Origin: Pyrinomonadaceae bacterium
GTDB lineage: Bacteria > Acidobacteriota > Blastocatellia > Pyrinomonadales > Pyrinomonadaceae
Assembly: GCA_046313635.1 (NCBI GenBank)
Contig: JBKBYA010000001.1
Coordinates: forward strand, 684,340-748,339
Direction: 5' to 3'
Length of the DNA: 64,000 bases
In this document: piece by piece, positions 29,441 through 39,485 of the stretch
Layout: every line of letters begins with the position of its first letter
Numbering within the stretch: the stretch's first letter is position 1
Notes under the pieces: generated by a model
Database searches by the model: none
Told to the model about the DNA's origin: nothing
Seen by the model: only the letters and a program-made list of their open reading frames with translations
Position numbers and translations under genes: made by a program

Positions 29441-30004
29441 ATGAAGAAACTGTTTTTGCCCGCGCTCCTCACGACGATCGCGCTGTCGGCAGCCGCCTAC
29501 GCACAGCCTCGCCCGGCCGAAAGGTCGACGACGCCCGCCGGCCAGTCGGCCAGCTCGGCCCCAGCGCCCGCGACATTCGCCGCCAAGTACGAGGGCGGGA
29601 TGTTTGGCTACAGCGAAAAGCTGAAGGGCACGCTCAAGTTTGACGACGCCAACGAGCGGCTCGTTTTTATCGGCGAAGACCAAAAGGAGCTGTTCGCCTT
29701 CCCGTACAGATCGGTGCTCGTCATTTATCCACAATCGCGTTCGGTCCGCTCGACCACCGGAACGGTCGTCAGCGCCGTGCCGCTGCCCGGTGCTGGACTG
29801 GCCGGGCTGATCCGCGAAAAACGTCGATATATGGTGATGCAGTTCTCAGATCCGGATGCGGACGTCCGCGGGGTCGTGAATTTTAAATTCGAGAATAAGG
29901 AGCTGCTCGACCAGGCCATCCGCGCGCTGGGCGAAAAGTCGGGCCTTCAGCAGCGAGGCGACGCGTACTACCGGCCGCGGACGCCGGCCAAACCCGCGAT
30001 CTAA
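29441..30004 (+). CDS. Secreted hypothetical protein
   Basis: Signal peptide MKKLFLPALL..AYA-Q. Confidence 0.7.
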   Translation: MKKLFLPALLTTIALSAAAYAQPRPAERSTTPAGQSASSAPAPATFAAKYEGGMFGYSEKLKGTLKFDDANERLVFIGEDQKELFAFPYRSVLVIYPQSRSVRSTTGTVVSAVPLPGAGLAGLIREKRRYMVMQFSDPDADVRGVVNFKFENKELLDQAIRALGEKSGLQQRGDAYYRPRTPAKPAI

Positions 30005-30720
30005 CGGAGATCGCCGAATCTATTTTGCAGCAGGGCCGAGATCGCGATCGACGCGGTCTCGGCCCTCAGTATTCGCCCGCCGAGCGTGACGATGCGAACG
30101 CCCGCGGCGACCGCCGCGTCAAGCTCGGAGTCGTCCCAACCGCCTTCGGGACCGATAAAGGCGATCATCTTTCCCGACCCCGTGACCGAATCGAGCGGCG
30201 AGCCGCCGCGTTCGGAGAAGAGAAGTCTTGCCGCCGCCCGATCGTCGTCGAGCGCCGGCTGCAAATCGGTCGGCTCATCGACCGCCGTAAGCGTCGCGCG
30301 GCCCGATTGCTTGGCGGCCTCGAGCGCGATCCTGCGCCAGCGTTCGACGCGGCCGGTCGAGCCTTTGAGCTTGACGTCGCCGCGACGCGTGACGAGCGGA
30401 ACGATGCGGCGAATGCCGAGCTCGACCGCTTTTTGCACGACAAGATCGAACTTTTCGCCCTTCAGTATCGCCGCCGCGAGCGTCAGATCGAGCGGCGACT
30501 CGGGCGCCGCCGGAGCGACGCGTTCGACCAAACGGACCGTCGCCGAGCGTCGGCCTGCCTCGACGATCTCGCAGACAAACTCGCCGCCCTCGCCGTCAAA
30601 GACGTATATCCTTTCGCCCGCCTTCAGACGAAGCACGTCGCGAAGATGGCGGGCTTCGTCGTCCGCGAGAGTGACCGTATCGGCCGCGAATTTATCTCTC
30701 GGTGCGTAAAACCTGTGCAT
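30001..30720 (-). CDS. rsmE: 16S rRNA m3U1498 methyltransferase
   Basis: HLRDVLRL, QKAVELG, EAAKQS, IGPEGG, LRAETA. Confidence 0.95.
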   Translation of the reverse strand: MHRFYAPRDKFAADTVTLADDEARHLRDVLRLKAGERIYVFDGEGGEFVCEIVEAGRRSATVRLVERVAPAAPESPLDLTLAAAILKGEKFDLVVQKAVELGIRRIVPLVTRRGDVKLKGSTGRVERWRRIALEAAKQSGRATLTAVDEPTDLQPALDDDRAAARLLFSERGGSPLDSVTGSGKMIAFIGPEGGWDDSELDAAVAAGVRIVTLGGRILRAETASIAISALLQNRFGDLR

Positions 30721-30725
30721 CGTCT

Positions 30726-31289
30726 CTATCCGTTGTCGTTGCCAAAGACCTTTTTGAATTCACTCGACGCCCGCCGCAGCCTGATCCAGTTTTGCCAGAG
30801 CTCGGGCGTCTGCAGCCAGATCGTCAGCCATTGAGCGATCTCGGCGTCGCGCCGGCGCTCGGCCGCGGGACGCGAGCGCGGCGCGGCAAGAAGCTTCTTT
30901 TTTGCCTCGATCGCGTGTGAACGCAGCTCGCGAAGCGCGTCGCGCTCGTTGTCGGCCGCGAGACTTCGACGCCGAGCCTCGAGCGAGTCGATCGTGCGGA
31001 CCGCCGCGTCGAACGACTCAAAATTCATCAGACTCTCGACCGACCTCGCTTCGCCGATCTCGGCCTCGCGACGTATGACCCAGAGCTGCATTATCTCGGC
31101 GTGCCGCAGCACCGCGCCCTCGTCGGCCAGCAGCCGTGCGATACGCATCGGCGATTCGACGGCGGCCCGGCCAAAGCGGCCTTCGACCGCCGACTCGATC
31201 GCTTCGATCTCGGCCGCGCCGACGCTCTCGCAGTCGAGCTTTTCCCAAACCTCGATCATCAGGTCGTGCTTTGTGCGTGACTGCCACAT
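30726..31289 (-). CDS. Conserved hypothetical protein
   Basis: Co-oriented ORF filling the gap between hldC and rsmE. Confidence 0.7.
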   Translation of the reverse strand: MWQSRTKHDLMIEVWEKLDCESVGAAEIEAIESAVEGRFGRAAVESPMRIARLLADEGAVLRHAEIMQLWVIRREAEIGEARSVESLMNFESFDAAVRTIDSLEARRRSLAADNERDALRELRSHAIEAKKKLLAAPRSRPAAERRRDAEIAQWLTIWLQTPELWQNWIRLRRASSEFKKVFGNDNG

Positions 31290-31312
31290 CGCTAGGAAAA
31301 GGCCGGGAAAGG

Positions 31313-31810
31313 TCAGCCGCGTTCGCCGATGCGGCGGATCAGTTCGGTGGACGAGTGATCTTTAGGATCGCCGACGATCGCCACCCGGCCGCCGCATTCG
31401 CGGACGATCTCTCGCTCGGGCACCGAGTCGACGGTGTAATCGGTGCCCTTTGCATGAAAGTCCGGCCGGATCGCGCGGATCAGCTCTTCAACCGTCGGCT
31501 CGTCAAAGATCGTGACCGCATCGACGCACCTGAGCGCGGCGACGATCTCGGCGCGTTCCCGCTCGTCGATGTACGGGCGGCCTTCGCCTTTGAGCCCGCG
31601 TACCTGGCGGTCCGAGTTGATGCCGACGACAAGAAAGCCTCCGAGCGACTTTGCTCCGACGAGATATCGGACGTGGCCCGCGTGAAACAGGTCAAAGCAG
31701 CCGTTTGCGAGGATAATGGCCCTGCCGCGCGAACGCTCGCCGGCAACAAGGGCCGACAGCTCTCTGCGGTCGAGCACGGGGGCGGCGAGATCTTGCAGCT
31801 CGGTGCTCAT
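31313..31810 (-). CDS. rfaE2: Heptose 1-phosphate adenylyltransferase (RfaE domain II / HldC)
   Basis: [25 protein letters not shown]. Confidence 0.88.
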   Translation of the reverse strand: MSTELQDLAAPVLDRRELSALVAGERSRGRAIILANGCFDLFHAGHVRYLVGAKSLGGFLVVGINSDRQVRGLKGEGRPYIDERERAEIVAALRCVDAVTIFDEPTVEELIRAIRPDFHAKGTDYTVDSVPEREIVRECGGRVAIVGDPKDHSSTELIRRIGERG

Positions 31811-32808
31811 GCTCCGGCCTCCCCGGCCGCGAGGTCGCCGCCTGAGAGCGACGCCGACAGCTCTTCGGCCGAGACGGCCGCGGTGCCGCGCTTCATTACG
31901 ACGATGCCGGCCGCGTGATTTGCGATCGAGGCGGCGAGCCGCGGAGCGAGTCCCGACGCGAGGGCAAGCGAATACGCGGCGATCACGGTGTCGCCGGCGC
32001 CGGTCACGTCGACGGGAACTTTGGAGCCGATCGCCGGCATAACGAGCGGCTCGCCGCCGGACTCGACGAGGACCGTTCCTTTGTTGCCGCAGGTGACGAG
32101 CAATGTCTCGAGCTGCAGCCGCTCGCGAAGCTCCTCACCGTCGCCGGGCGTGAATTCGCGGCCCAGGATCTGCTCGGCCTCTTCCTGATTGGGCGTCGCG
32201 CTAGTCGCCCCGGCAAATTCCGGGAGCCGTGAACGCGAGTCCGCAATGAGCGGAACGCCGCGCGACGCGGTGATCTCGCGAGCGATCTCAAACAGACCGC
32301 GCGTCGCCGCTCCGTAGTTGTAATCCGAAAAGATGACCGCGTCGGCCGTCTCGCACGCCGCACGCACCTTGCCCTCGAGCTCGGCTCGGATCTCGTCGTC
32401 AAGTTCATTCGAGCTCTCGTAATCGATGCGTATAACCTGCTGCCGCGGAGCATAATGACGGCCGGCGAGAACGCGGACCTTGGTCGTCGTCGCCGCGGAT
32501 GCGGAATGGACTAGATGATCGTCCGGCACGCCGCCGCTTCGAAGCGCCGCGCGCAGCATTTCGCCGTTTGGATCGCGGCCGACGATGCCCACGAGCAGCG
32601 GCACTCCGCCGAGTGAGGCGACGTTCACGGCCGCATTGGCGGCCCCGCCCGGGCGTGTGACGGTCTCGTCGTGGCGAAGGATAAAGACGGGAGCTTCGCG
32701 AGAGATGCGTGAGATGGTCCCGTTAAGGAATTGGTCGGCAACGACGTCGCCGATAACAGCGATGCGCCTGCCGCGGAGTCGGTCGATTGAAAGGGCGAGA
32801 TTCTCCAT
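31807..32808 (-). CDS. rfaE1: Heptose 7-phosphate kinase (RfaE domain I / HldA)
   Basis: [28 protein letters not shown]. Confidence 0.88.
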   Translation of the reverse strand: MENLALSIDRLRGRRIAVIGDVVADQFLNGTISRISREAPVFILRHDETVTRPGGAANAAVNVASLGGVPLLVGIVGRDPNGEMLRAALRSGGVPDDHLVHSASAATTTKVRVLAGRHYAPRQQVIRIDYESSNELDDEIRAELEGKVRAACETADAVIFSDYNYGAATRGLFEIAREITASRGVPLIADSRSRLPEFAGATSATPNQEEAEQILGREFTPGDGEELRERLQLETLLVTCGNKGTVLVESGGEPLVMPAIGSKVPVDVTGAGDTVIAAYSLALASGLAPRLAASIANHAAGIVVMKRGTAAVSAEELSASLSGGDLAAGEAGA

Positions 32809-32847
32809 CGGTAAACCAAAAAAGTACAACACAGAACGGAGACAAAC

Positions 32848-32878
32848 AAAAAGGGCCGAAGACGCGTGTCTTCGGCCC
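32848..32878 (-). terminator. Intrinsic terminator
   Basis: GGGCCGAAGAC-ACGC-GTCTTCGGCCC plus TTTTT on the minus strand. Confidence 0.75.
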
Positions 32879-32904
32879 GTCGGGTCTTTTGTTCCGGCTC
32901 GCGA

Positions 32905-33888
32905 TCAGTGGCTGTCGTAGCCCGCGATCGGGAAGTCGCTCGGAGCTCCCCACGTAACGCCGCTCATCACGCCGTCGATGCTGCGGCGAAAGTAGAAAGT
33001 GCCGTTCGAATCGCGCCACACGGCGATGTCGGTCTTGCCGTCGCCGTCGTAGTCGTTCTGCGTCGTGAGGTCGGTTCCCGTATCGCCAAAGCCGGTGGCG
33101 ATAAAGTTGCCGTCCGAGCTCTTCAGTATGTACCAGATGAGCGGCGAGGTTGCGGTCGAGCCCTCGCGGACAACCGCAAGATCAGCCTTACCGTCACCGT
33201 CGTAGTCGCCCGGTACCACGAGATCGGTCCCGATGCCCCAAGGCGTCACGGTCAGACCGGCGTCGGAGCTGCGATAGATGTAAAACAAAGCCTGCGCTGC
33301 CGGCGTGGCTCCGAGCCGCTGCACAGCGAGGTCGGTCTTGCCGTCGCCGTCGTAGTCGGCCGGGACGGCGTAGTCATTGGCGATGCCAAAGGTGCCGCCC
33401 ATCAAATTGCCGTCGACCGAGCGCAGGATGTACCAGACAAGCTGACCGTTGGTGCGGCGGACCACGGCAAGATCCGTCTTGCCGTCACCATCATAATCGC
33501 GGCCGACCGGCTCATCGCCTGTAATGCCGAACGAGGCGGCTGCAAAGGTGTTATTCGAACTATTGAGCCTGTACCACACGCCCGTCGTATCGCGCCAGAC
33601 CGAGATATCGCCCTTGCCGTCGCCGTCAAAGTCGCCCGGTGCCATCCAGTCCTCGTTGGCGATGCCGAAATTCTGAAAGGTGACTCCGCCGCCGCTCTTC
33701 AGGATGTACCAGGTGTTGTTGCTCGGCCGGAATACCGAAAAGTCGGCCTTGCCGTCGCCATCGGTATCGACCGCACGGCGGAGCTTGATATTGCCCGAGC
33801 CGGGCTGAGCGGCCACAGAACCGGCCAAAAGCGCGATCGCCATCAAAAGAAGGCCGAATCTACCGGACGTCGTCAAAAATCTATTCAT
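32905..33888 (-). CDS. Secreted FG-GAP/VCBS repeat protein
   Basis: Six D(Y/F/T)DGDGK.D..V.R repeats. Confidence 0.9.
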   Translation of the reverse strand: MNRFLTTSGRFGLLLMAIALLAGSVAAQPGSGNIKLRRAVDTDGDGKADFSVFRPSNNTWYILKSGGGVTFQNFGIANEDWMAPGDFDGDGKGDISVWRDTTGVWYRLNSSNNTFAAASFGITGDEPVGRDYDGDGKTDLAVVRRTNGQLVWYILRSVDGNLMGGTFGIANDYAVPADYDGDGKTDLAVQRLGATPAAQALFYIYRSSDAGLTVTPWGIGTDLVVPGDYDGDGKADLAVVREGSTATSPLIWYILKSSDGNFIATGFGDTGTDLTTQNDYDGDGKTDIAVWRDSNGTFYFRRSIDGVMSGVTWGAPSDFPIAGYDSH

Positions 33889-34104
33889 TGTTTTACCTGC
33901 TATCTACTGCTTTGTACCGAAGGAGTCCCGCCGCGGACCGCGGCCAGGGAACCTCGAATATACTATCGCGAATCGCCAAAAAGCAACCGATTTGACCGTG
34001 TCCGGCGACCGCTGACGACTCCAAGAAAGTTGGCGGTACCGGTCATTAGACGATCAGTAATAAATAAAAGTCGAAAGTACCGCAAATTTCGCTTATCGTC
34101 CGAA

Positions 34105-35643
34105 CTAGTTAGTAGACTGACCGACCGTTATGGTTTGCCCCGCGACCGAGACGGAGCCTGTCCGCGACCGCGTCAGGCTAAATGCGACGCGGAACGTGAC
34201 GGTGCCGCTTCCGCTCAACGCGTCGGGCCCGATCACCTTGATCCAGGGCACGCTGCTCCTGGCCGCGTAGTCGCAGTTCGGGCCCGCGGCCACCGCGACG
34301 CTAAATACGCCGCCCTTGCGTTTTACGCTGACCGAGTTTGTCGCGAGCCCAAAGGTGCAAACCGTCTGGTTTTGTATCGCGGCCGCAGCATTCAGCCGTC
34401 CGCCCGTCCTGACCAGGCCTGACCAGGCTGCCAGCGGATCGACCGTATTCAATAGCGTCGCCTTTAGAGACGCGGCCGATAGGCTCGGGTTGGCCGCCGC
34501 GAGCAGGGCGGCCGCACCTGTGACGTGCGGAGCAGCCATCGAAGTGCCGCTCGACAGGCCGTAGCTTGAATTTGATCCCGCGGTCGTACTGAGTATCCCG
34601 GATCCCGGCGCCGCAAGGTCCACGCTCACCGCACCGTAGCTCGAAAAACTAGAGCGGGCGTCGGTGGATGTAGACGACGCGACCGCGACGATGCTCGGCG
34701 ACGTGTAGGTCGACGGGTAATTAGGGTTAGCGGCGGTATCGTTGTTTGCGTTATTGTTGCCGGCGGCAAAGACGTTGAGCACGCCCGCGTCGCCGAGAGC
34801 GTCGATCGCGTCCTTGGTCGCCTGGTCGTAGCCGCACGCTTCGGTGCAGCCGCCGTACGAGTTGTTGGTCGCCCTGATGTTGACGCCGCGCAGCTTCATC
34901 ATCCGCACGTAGTTGTAGGCGTTGATGAGCTGTGCGGACGTCGTGTCGTTGGCCGCCGCGCTGTATATCTTGATCGCCATCAGGCGGACGTTCCAATTGA
35001 CGCCGACCACGCCGAGGGCGTTATTGCCGACGGCCCCGATCGTGCCGGCGGTATGTGTCCCGTGGCCGTGCTCGTCCATCGGATCGGGGTCGTTGTAGCG
35101 AAAGTCGTAGCCGTAATAATCGTCTGCAAAGCCGTTGCCGTCATCGTCGACGCCGTTGCCGGGGATCTCACCCGGATTGGTCCACATATTTGCGGCGAGG
35201 TCCTCGTGCGTGTACCGGATGCCGGTGTCGATATTCGCCACGACGACGCTCGAGCTGCCGGTCGTGACGTCCCACGCGGCGGCGGCCGAGATCCGGGCCA
35301 GGCCGTAAAGCTCGTTAGAAACGAAGCGTGGATCGTTTGGCGTGACAAGCAGGTGATAGTAGAAGTTTGGCTGGGCGGCCTCGATCTGCGGGTCGTCGGC
35401 AAAGCGCCGAAGCTCATCCTCGACCGCGAGTCCGTCTGGGAGCTTGATGCGGACCCAGCCGAGATCGCCAAGCTGCTCGATCATCGCCGCGCTGCGGCCT
35501 CTGAGAGCTCTGATCCGATCTGCTCCTGGCCGAAACTTGACGAGCAGCTCGCCCTCGACACGCGACTCGGGCTTGCCCTGAGCGGCGGCTCCGGCGGACA
35601 CGATCAAAGAAACCAGAACGATGATCAGACTCTTAAGCTTCAT
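34105..35643 (-). CDS. S8 subtilisin-like serine peptidase with C-terminal BACON-like domain
   Basis: IDTG, HGTH, SGTSMAAP triad; signal peptide and prodomain. Confidence 0.92.
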   Translation of the reverse strand: MKLKSLIIVLVSLIVSAGAAAQGKPESRVEGELLVKFRPGADRIRALRGRSAAMIEQLGDLGWVRIKLPDGLAVEDELRRFADDPQIEAAQPNFYYHLLVTPNDPRFVSNELYGLARISAAAAWDVTTGSSSVVVANIDTGIRYTHEDLAANMWTNPGEIPGNGVDDDGNGFADDYYGYDFRYNDPDPMDEHGHGTHTAGTIGAVGNNALGVVGVNWNVRLMAIKIYSAAANDTTSAQLINAYNYVRMMKLRGVNIRATNNSYGGCTEACGYDQATKDAIDALGDAGVLNVFAAGNNNANNDTAANPNYPSTYTSPSIVAVASSTSTDARSSFSSYGAVSVDLAAPGSGILSTTAGSNSSYGLSSGTSMAAPHVTGAAALLAAANPSLSAASLKATLLNTVDPLAAWSGLVRTGGRLNAAAAIQNQTVCTFGLATNSVSVKRKGGVFSVAVAAGPNCDYAARSSVPWIKVIGPDALSGSGTVTFRVAFSLTRSRTGSVSVAGQTITVGQSTN

Positions 35644-35772
35644 TTGCCGAGGTTATACTGCGTCGCGGACACAGTGCCGCAGGCGAGCGTCAAAAGACAA
35701 GGCTCTCTGAAAATACTAAGAAAAACGTTTGAGTGGAAGCCGATCAGAAAGCGGTCGAACCGGAAGGTAATA

Positions 35773-35849
35773 TGGGGCGGCTAGTGGGATTCGAACCCAC
35801 GACATCCTGAACCACAATCAGGCGCTCTAACCGCTGAACTATAGCCGCC
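35773..35849 (-). tRNA. tRNA-His (GUG)
   Basis: GGCGGCTATAGTTCAGCGGTTAGAGCGCCTGATT-GTG-GTTCAGG..GTTCGAATC..GCCCCA; G-1 and CCA encoded. Confidence 0.95.
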
Positions 35850-35859
35850 ATATTTCAAT

Positions 35860-35941
35860 TTGGGATCTTGGATCGCGGATCGTGGAAGTGAAAGCCTTGC
35901 GATCGGGCAATCCGCAATCCGCAATCCGAATTCCGCAATCA
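35860..35941. repeat. Inverted heptamer tandem repeats
   Basis: GGATCTT/GGATCGC/GGATCGT facing CAATCCG repeats, between the two tRNAs. Confidence 0.55.
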
Positions 35942-35945
35942 ATTT

Positions 35946-36019
35946 CGCCCCCGGCACGACTCGAACGTGCGACCCACAGCTTAGAAGGCTGTTGCTCTAT
36001 CCGGCTGAGCTACGGGAGC
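35946..36019 (-). tRNA. tRNA-Arg (UCU)
   Basis: GCTCCCGTAGCTCAGCCGGATAGAGCAACAGCCT-TCT-AAGCTGT..GTTCGAGTC..GGGGGCG; CCA not encoded. Confidence 0.95.
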
Positions 36020-36038
36020 ATATCAAAAGCAAGTTCCA

Positions 36039-36067
36039 AGTTTAGCCACGGCTTGCCCGATAGTCAA
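36039..36067 (-). promoter_or_regulatory. sigma70 promoter of the tRNA pair
   Basis: TTGACT-N17-TAAACT on the minus strand. Confidence 0.7.
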
Positions 36068-36183
36068 ACAAGTTTCAGCAGCCTGAGGACGACAAAAACG
36101 AGCAGTCCGATCGCCGCCGGGCCGGCCGAAAAAGCGACCATCCACCAGGCCTCGTTCCTGAAATTGAATCTAAGCCGCCGCAT
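36064..36183 (-). CDS. Putative 39-aa single-TM protein
   Basis: MRRLRFNFRNEAWWMVAFSAGPAAIGLLVFVVLRLLKLV; start overlaps the cmk end. Confidence 0.45.
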   Translation of the reverse strand: MRRLRFNFRNEAWWMVAFSAGPAAIGLLVFVVLRLLKLV

Positions 36184-36847
36184 TGTTCGCGCCGCGTATC
36201 ACGCCGATCATCTGGTCAAAAACCTCGGTCAGGTCGAGCTCGCTCGTGTCGATCACGATCGCGTCATCGGCGATCGTGAGCGGCGAATCCTTGCGCGAGA
36301 CGTCGCGCTCGTCGCGCTGGTTGATCTCGTCGAGCGTCTGCTCGTAGGTCGACTCTCGGCCTCGTGCCTTGTCCTCCTCGTAGCGGCGGCGGGCGCGGGC
36401 CTCGGGCTTGGCGGTGAGAAAGAATTTGAAGTCCGCATTCGGAAACACCACGCTGCCGATATCGCGGCCCTCGAGCACGCATCCATTCGGAGCCGACCGG
36501 CCGATCGCACGCTGGTGATCGACCATCACGCGGCGAACCTCAGAAATGGTCGAGACGACCGAGGCGGCCTGCGCGACCTCGAGCGTTCGGATGTCGGTCG
36601 TGACGTCGTCGCCGTCGAGCAGGACGGTCATCGAGTCGGGCTCGCCGACGAGATCGATCCTCGCGGTTTCGGCGATCTCGGCGATCTTTTCGTTTTGCGT
36701 GAGATCGACATTTCGCCGCAAGACCGAGAGAGCGACGGCGCGGTACATCGCGCCCGTGTCGAGGTAGAGCAGGCCGAGCCGCTTGGCCAGCATCTTGCCG
36801 AGAGTTGACTTGCCGGCGCCTGACGGGCCGTCGATGGCGATGATCAT
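36170..36847 (-). CDS. cmk: Cytidylate kinase
   Basis: IAIDGPSGAGKST, LDTGAMYR, EGRDIG. Confidence 0.96.
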   Translation of the reverse strand: MIIAIDGPSGAGKSTLGKMLAKRLGLLYLDTGAMYRAVALSVLRRNVDLTQNEKIAEIAETARIDLVGEPDSMTVLLDGDDVTTDIRTLEVAQAASVVSTISEVRRVMVDHQRAIGRSAPNGCVLEGRDIGSVVFPNADFKFFLTAKPEARARRRYEEDKARGRESTYEQTLDEINQRDERDVSRKDSPLTIADDAIVIDTSELDLTEVFDQMIGVIRGANNAAA

Positions 36848-37197
36848 TTCGATTCGAGGCCCTTGCGCACTTTAGCCGGAAGCTTTCCGCGGACCATTTT
36901 GTATGAGTTCGAGATTAATTGTTCGAGCTCACCTTCGGCAAGCGCGTTAGGGGCCGATACCGTGACCCAGTGATACCGCGCGACGTAGGCGGCGGGCTCG
37001 ACACCGTTGCGTTCGGTGAGCTCGGCAAATTTCTCCGGCGTGCATTTGAACGAGATCTTACCGGCATCGGCGTCACCCAGCCCGGTGACGCAGTACATCT
37101 TGCCGCCGATCGAGAAGCAGAGATCGTTTCCCCACTTTACGTCCTCGGTCGTGTGCGGCAGGGCGAGGCAAAACTCTCTCAATTCTTCAGTGTTCAT
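36844..37197 (-). CDS. MmcQ/YjbR family protein
   Basis: LREFCLALP, KW..L.F..GKM, PAAY..HWV, SY..V..KL. Confidence 0.85.
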   Translation of the reverse strand: MNTEELREFCLALPHTTEDVKWGNDLCFSIGGKMYCVTGLGDADAGKISFKCTPEKFAELTERNGVEPAAYVARYHWVTVSAPNALAEGELEQLISNSYKMVRGKLPAKVRKGLESK

Positions 37198-37296
37198 TCG
37201 AACTTTTGCGCCTGTCGGTTTTCTCTGCGGCTTTGCGGCTCCGCGGGATTTTTCCCGCAAAGTCGCAGAGTCGCCGAGAGAGAGAAAAAAAAGTGA

Positions 37297-38328
37297 TCAT
37301 GCGACGGCCGATCGCAGGGCCGAGATCGTCGTCTCGATGCCCTCGGCCGTCACATCGCAGTGCGTCACCATCCTGATTGCGCTGCCGAAGCCGATCGCGA
37401 GGACGCCATCTTCCTTTAACGCCGCGCAGATCTCGCCCGACGTCTTGCCGGTGCCGGAGATATCGAAGATGACGATATTCGTGACGACCTTTTCGAGATC
37501 GATCTCGACGCCCGGAAGTTCGGCGATGCCTTCCGCGAGGCGGCGGGCGTTGGCGTGGTCCTCGTGCAGGCGTTTTGGCGACTCTTCGAGAGCTATCAGC
37601 CCGGCCGCGGCGACGATGCCGGCCTGCCGCATCCCGCCGCCGAGGCGTTTGCGCCAAATGCGAGCTTCCTGAATAAACTCTTTCGACCCGAGCAGCACCG
37701 ACCCGATCGGAGCGCCGAGCCCTTTCGACAAACAGAACTGTACCGAGTCGCACTTGCGGGTGAGCTCAGCGACCGAAGTTTCAAGCGCGGCCGCGGCATT
37801 GAAGATGCGCGCACCGTCCATATGCACCGGCAGATTCAACGCGTGGGCGCGGTCGCAGACGTCGGCGCAGTGCTCCGCCGTCATCACGCTGCCGCCGGCG
37901 AAGTTATGCGTATTCTCGAGACAGATCAAACCGGTCGGCGACGAATAGTAGGGAAGGTCGATATGCAGCGCCGCCGCGATCTCGTCCCACGTCAGATGTC
38001 CCGAGCCGTCGCTGCTCCTGACCGGCCGGACCATCACGCTCGAAACGGCTGCCGGCCCGCCCATCTCGTAATTGAAGATGTGCCCGCGCTCCTCGATGAC
38101 GATCTCCTGTCCGGGTTTAGTGTGTAGCTTGACGGCGATCTGATTGCCCATCGAGCCGGTTGGCACAAAGAGAGCGGCCTCTTTTTCAAAGATCTCGGCC
38201 GCGCGCTGCTGCAGGCGATTGACGGTCGGGTCCTCGCCATAGACGTCGTCGCCGACCTCGGCCGCCGCCATCGCGGCGCGCATCTGCGGTGTGGGTTTGG
38301 TGACGGTGTCGCTTCTGAGGTCGATCAT
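37297..38328 (-). CDS. ltaE: Low-specificity L-threonine aldolase
   Basis: [41 protein letters not shown]. Confidence 0.93.
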   Translation of the reverse strand: MIDLRSDTVTKPTPQMRAAMAAAEVGDDVYGEDPTVNRLQQRAAEIFEKEAALFVPTGSMGNQIAVKLHTKPGQEIVIEERGHIFNYEMGGPAAVSSVMVRPVRSSDGSGHLTWDEIAAALHIDLPYYSSPTGLICLENTHNFAGGSVMTAEHCADVCDRAHALNLPVHMDGARIFNAAAALETSVAELTRKCDSVQFCLSKGLGAPIGSVLLGSKEFIQEARIWRKRLGGGMRQAGIVAAAGLIALEESPKRLHEDHANARRLAEGIAELPGVEIDLEKVVTNIVIFDISGTGKTSGEICAALKEDGVLAIGFGSAIRMVTHCDVTAEGIETTISALRSAVA

Positions 38329-38414
38329 TCGGACTCAAATTTAGCCCAGCCTTTGACATTGCTCAAACGATACCGATAAATTGGTCGGCCTAATCCACAA
38401 AAGGAGGAAAGAGC

Positions 38415-38876
38415 ATGACAAACGTTAAGCCCGTTCCGGACGGTTACACCGGGATCACACCCTACCTCATCTGCCGCAACGCAGAGGCCGCGATCGACTT
38501 TTACAAGCGGGCATTTGGCGCGGAAGAGCTGTTTCGCATCGGCGGGCCGGGAATGGTCGGTCATTGCGAGATGCGCATCGCCGGGCGGGCGATATTCATG
38601 CTCGCAGACGAGTTTCCGCCGCTTGCCCTAAGCCCGGAATCGACGGGAGGCTCGCCGGTCAGTTTGTACATTTATGTCGACGATGTTGACGCCTTTGCCG
38701 AAAAGGCGGTCGCCGAAGGGTTAGAGTTGCTGAAGCCTGTCGCCGACCAATTCTACGGCGATCGTTCGGGGCATTTTCGCGATCCCTTCGGGCACCTGTG
38801 GGGCTTTGCTACGCACAAAGAAGATCTGACTCCAGAGGAGCTTAACCAGCGGGCTCAGGCCGCACACGGCGGCTAG
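38415..38876 (+). CDS. VOC/glyoxalase (PhnB-like) protein
   Basis: AIDFYKRAFGA, QFYGDR.G..RDPFGH.W; AGGAGG RBS; upstream TTGACA-N18-TAAATT. Confidence 0.88.
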   Translation: MTNVKPVPDGYTGITPYLICRNAEAAIDFYKRAFGAEELFRIGGPGMVGHCEMRIAGRAIFMLADEFPPLALSPESTGGSPVSLYIYVDDVDAFAEKAVAEGLELLKPVADQFYGDRSGHFRDPFGHLWGFATHKEDLTPEELNQRAQAAHGG

Positions 38877-39343
38877 GCGGCGCCGGCCTTCGAGCTCTCT
38901 TCGCGTTCGATCTCGGCGATCTTGTCGACGCGCTTTTGGTGGCGGCCGGCCTCGAAGTCGGCCTTGAACCACGCGTCGACGATCTTTGGGATATTGCCTT
39001 CCGGCGTCGTTCGGGCGCCGATGGCGAGGACGTTGGCGTCGTTGTGGCGGCGGGCGAGCTCGGCCGTCTCCTCGTTCCACGCGACGGCGGCGCGGACGCC
39101 CGGGACCTTGTTCGCGGCGATCGCCATTCCGATGCCCGACCCGCAAACCAGCAATCCCTGGTCGTACCTGCCCGAGGCGACGGCCTCGCCGACCTTTTTG
39201 GCGTAGTCTGGATAATCGACCGAGTCGGTCGAGACCGTCCCAAAGTCGTCGTAGGCGACGCCCATTTCGTCGAGCTGTTTCTTGATCTTTTCTTTTTGTT
39301 CAAACCCCGCGTGGTCGGCGGCGATAGCGATCTTTTTGGTCAT
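38873..39343 (-). CDS. rpiB: Ribose-5-phosphate isomerase B
   Basis: DHAG, VDYPD, CGSGIG, ANKVPG, HNDAN, GRH..R. Confidence 0.95.
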   Translation of the reverse strand: MTKKIAIAADHAGFEQKEKIKKQLDEMGVAYDDFGTVSTDSVDYPDYAKKVGEAVASGRYDQGLLVCGSGIGMAIAANKVPGVRAAVAWNEETAELARRHNDANVLAIGARTTPEGNIPKIVDAWFKADFEAGRHQKRVDKIAEIEREESSKAGAA

Positions 39344-39485
39344 AGCGGCTGTACCTCGAATCATCATTCTACTCGCGCCTCTCGGCCGGTTAAAAGTTTG
39401 TGGGGAACGCCGGGCCCGAGTTGCGTCATCAATAGGTTGTTCTGCCGCGAAGCAAGGCAATATAATCTAGCCGACCACCGGTCTG

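Noticed and set aside
32866..34422. Long alternative ORFs, e.g. 32866-34422 +, 47412-49280 -, 50160-51767 -, 60625-62319 +, 1791-3068 +
   Set aside because: Antisense shadows of well-supported genes, common in GC-rich DNA; no recognisable motifs.
35773..36019. tRNA-anchored genomic island or prophage
   Set aside because: No adjacent integrase, phage genes or duplicated tRNA 3' end seen.
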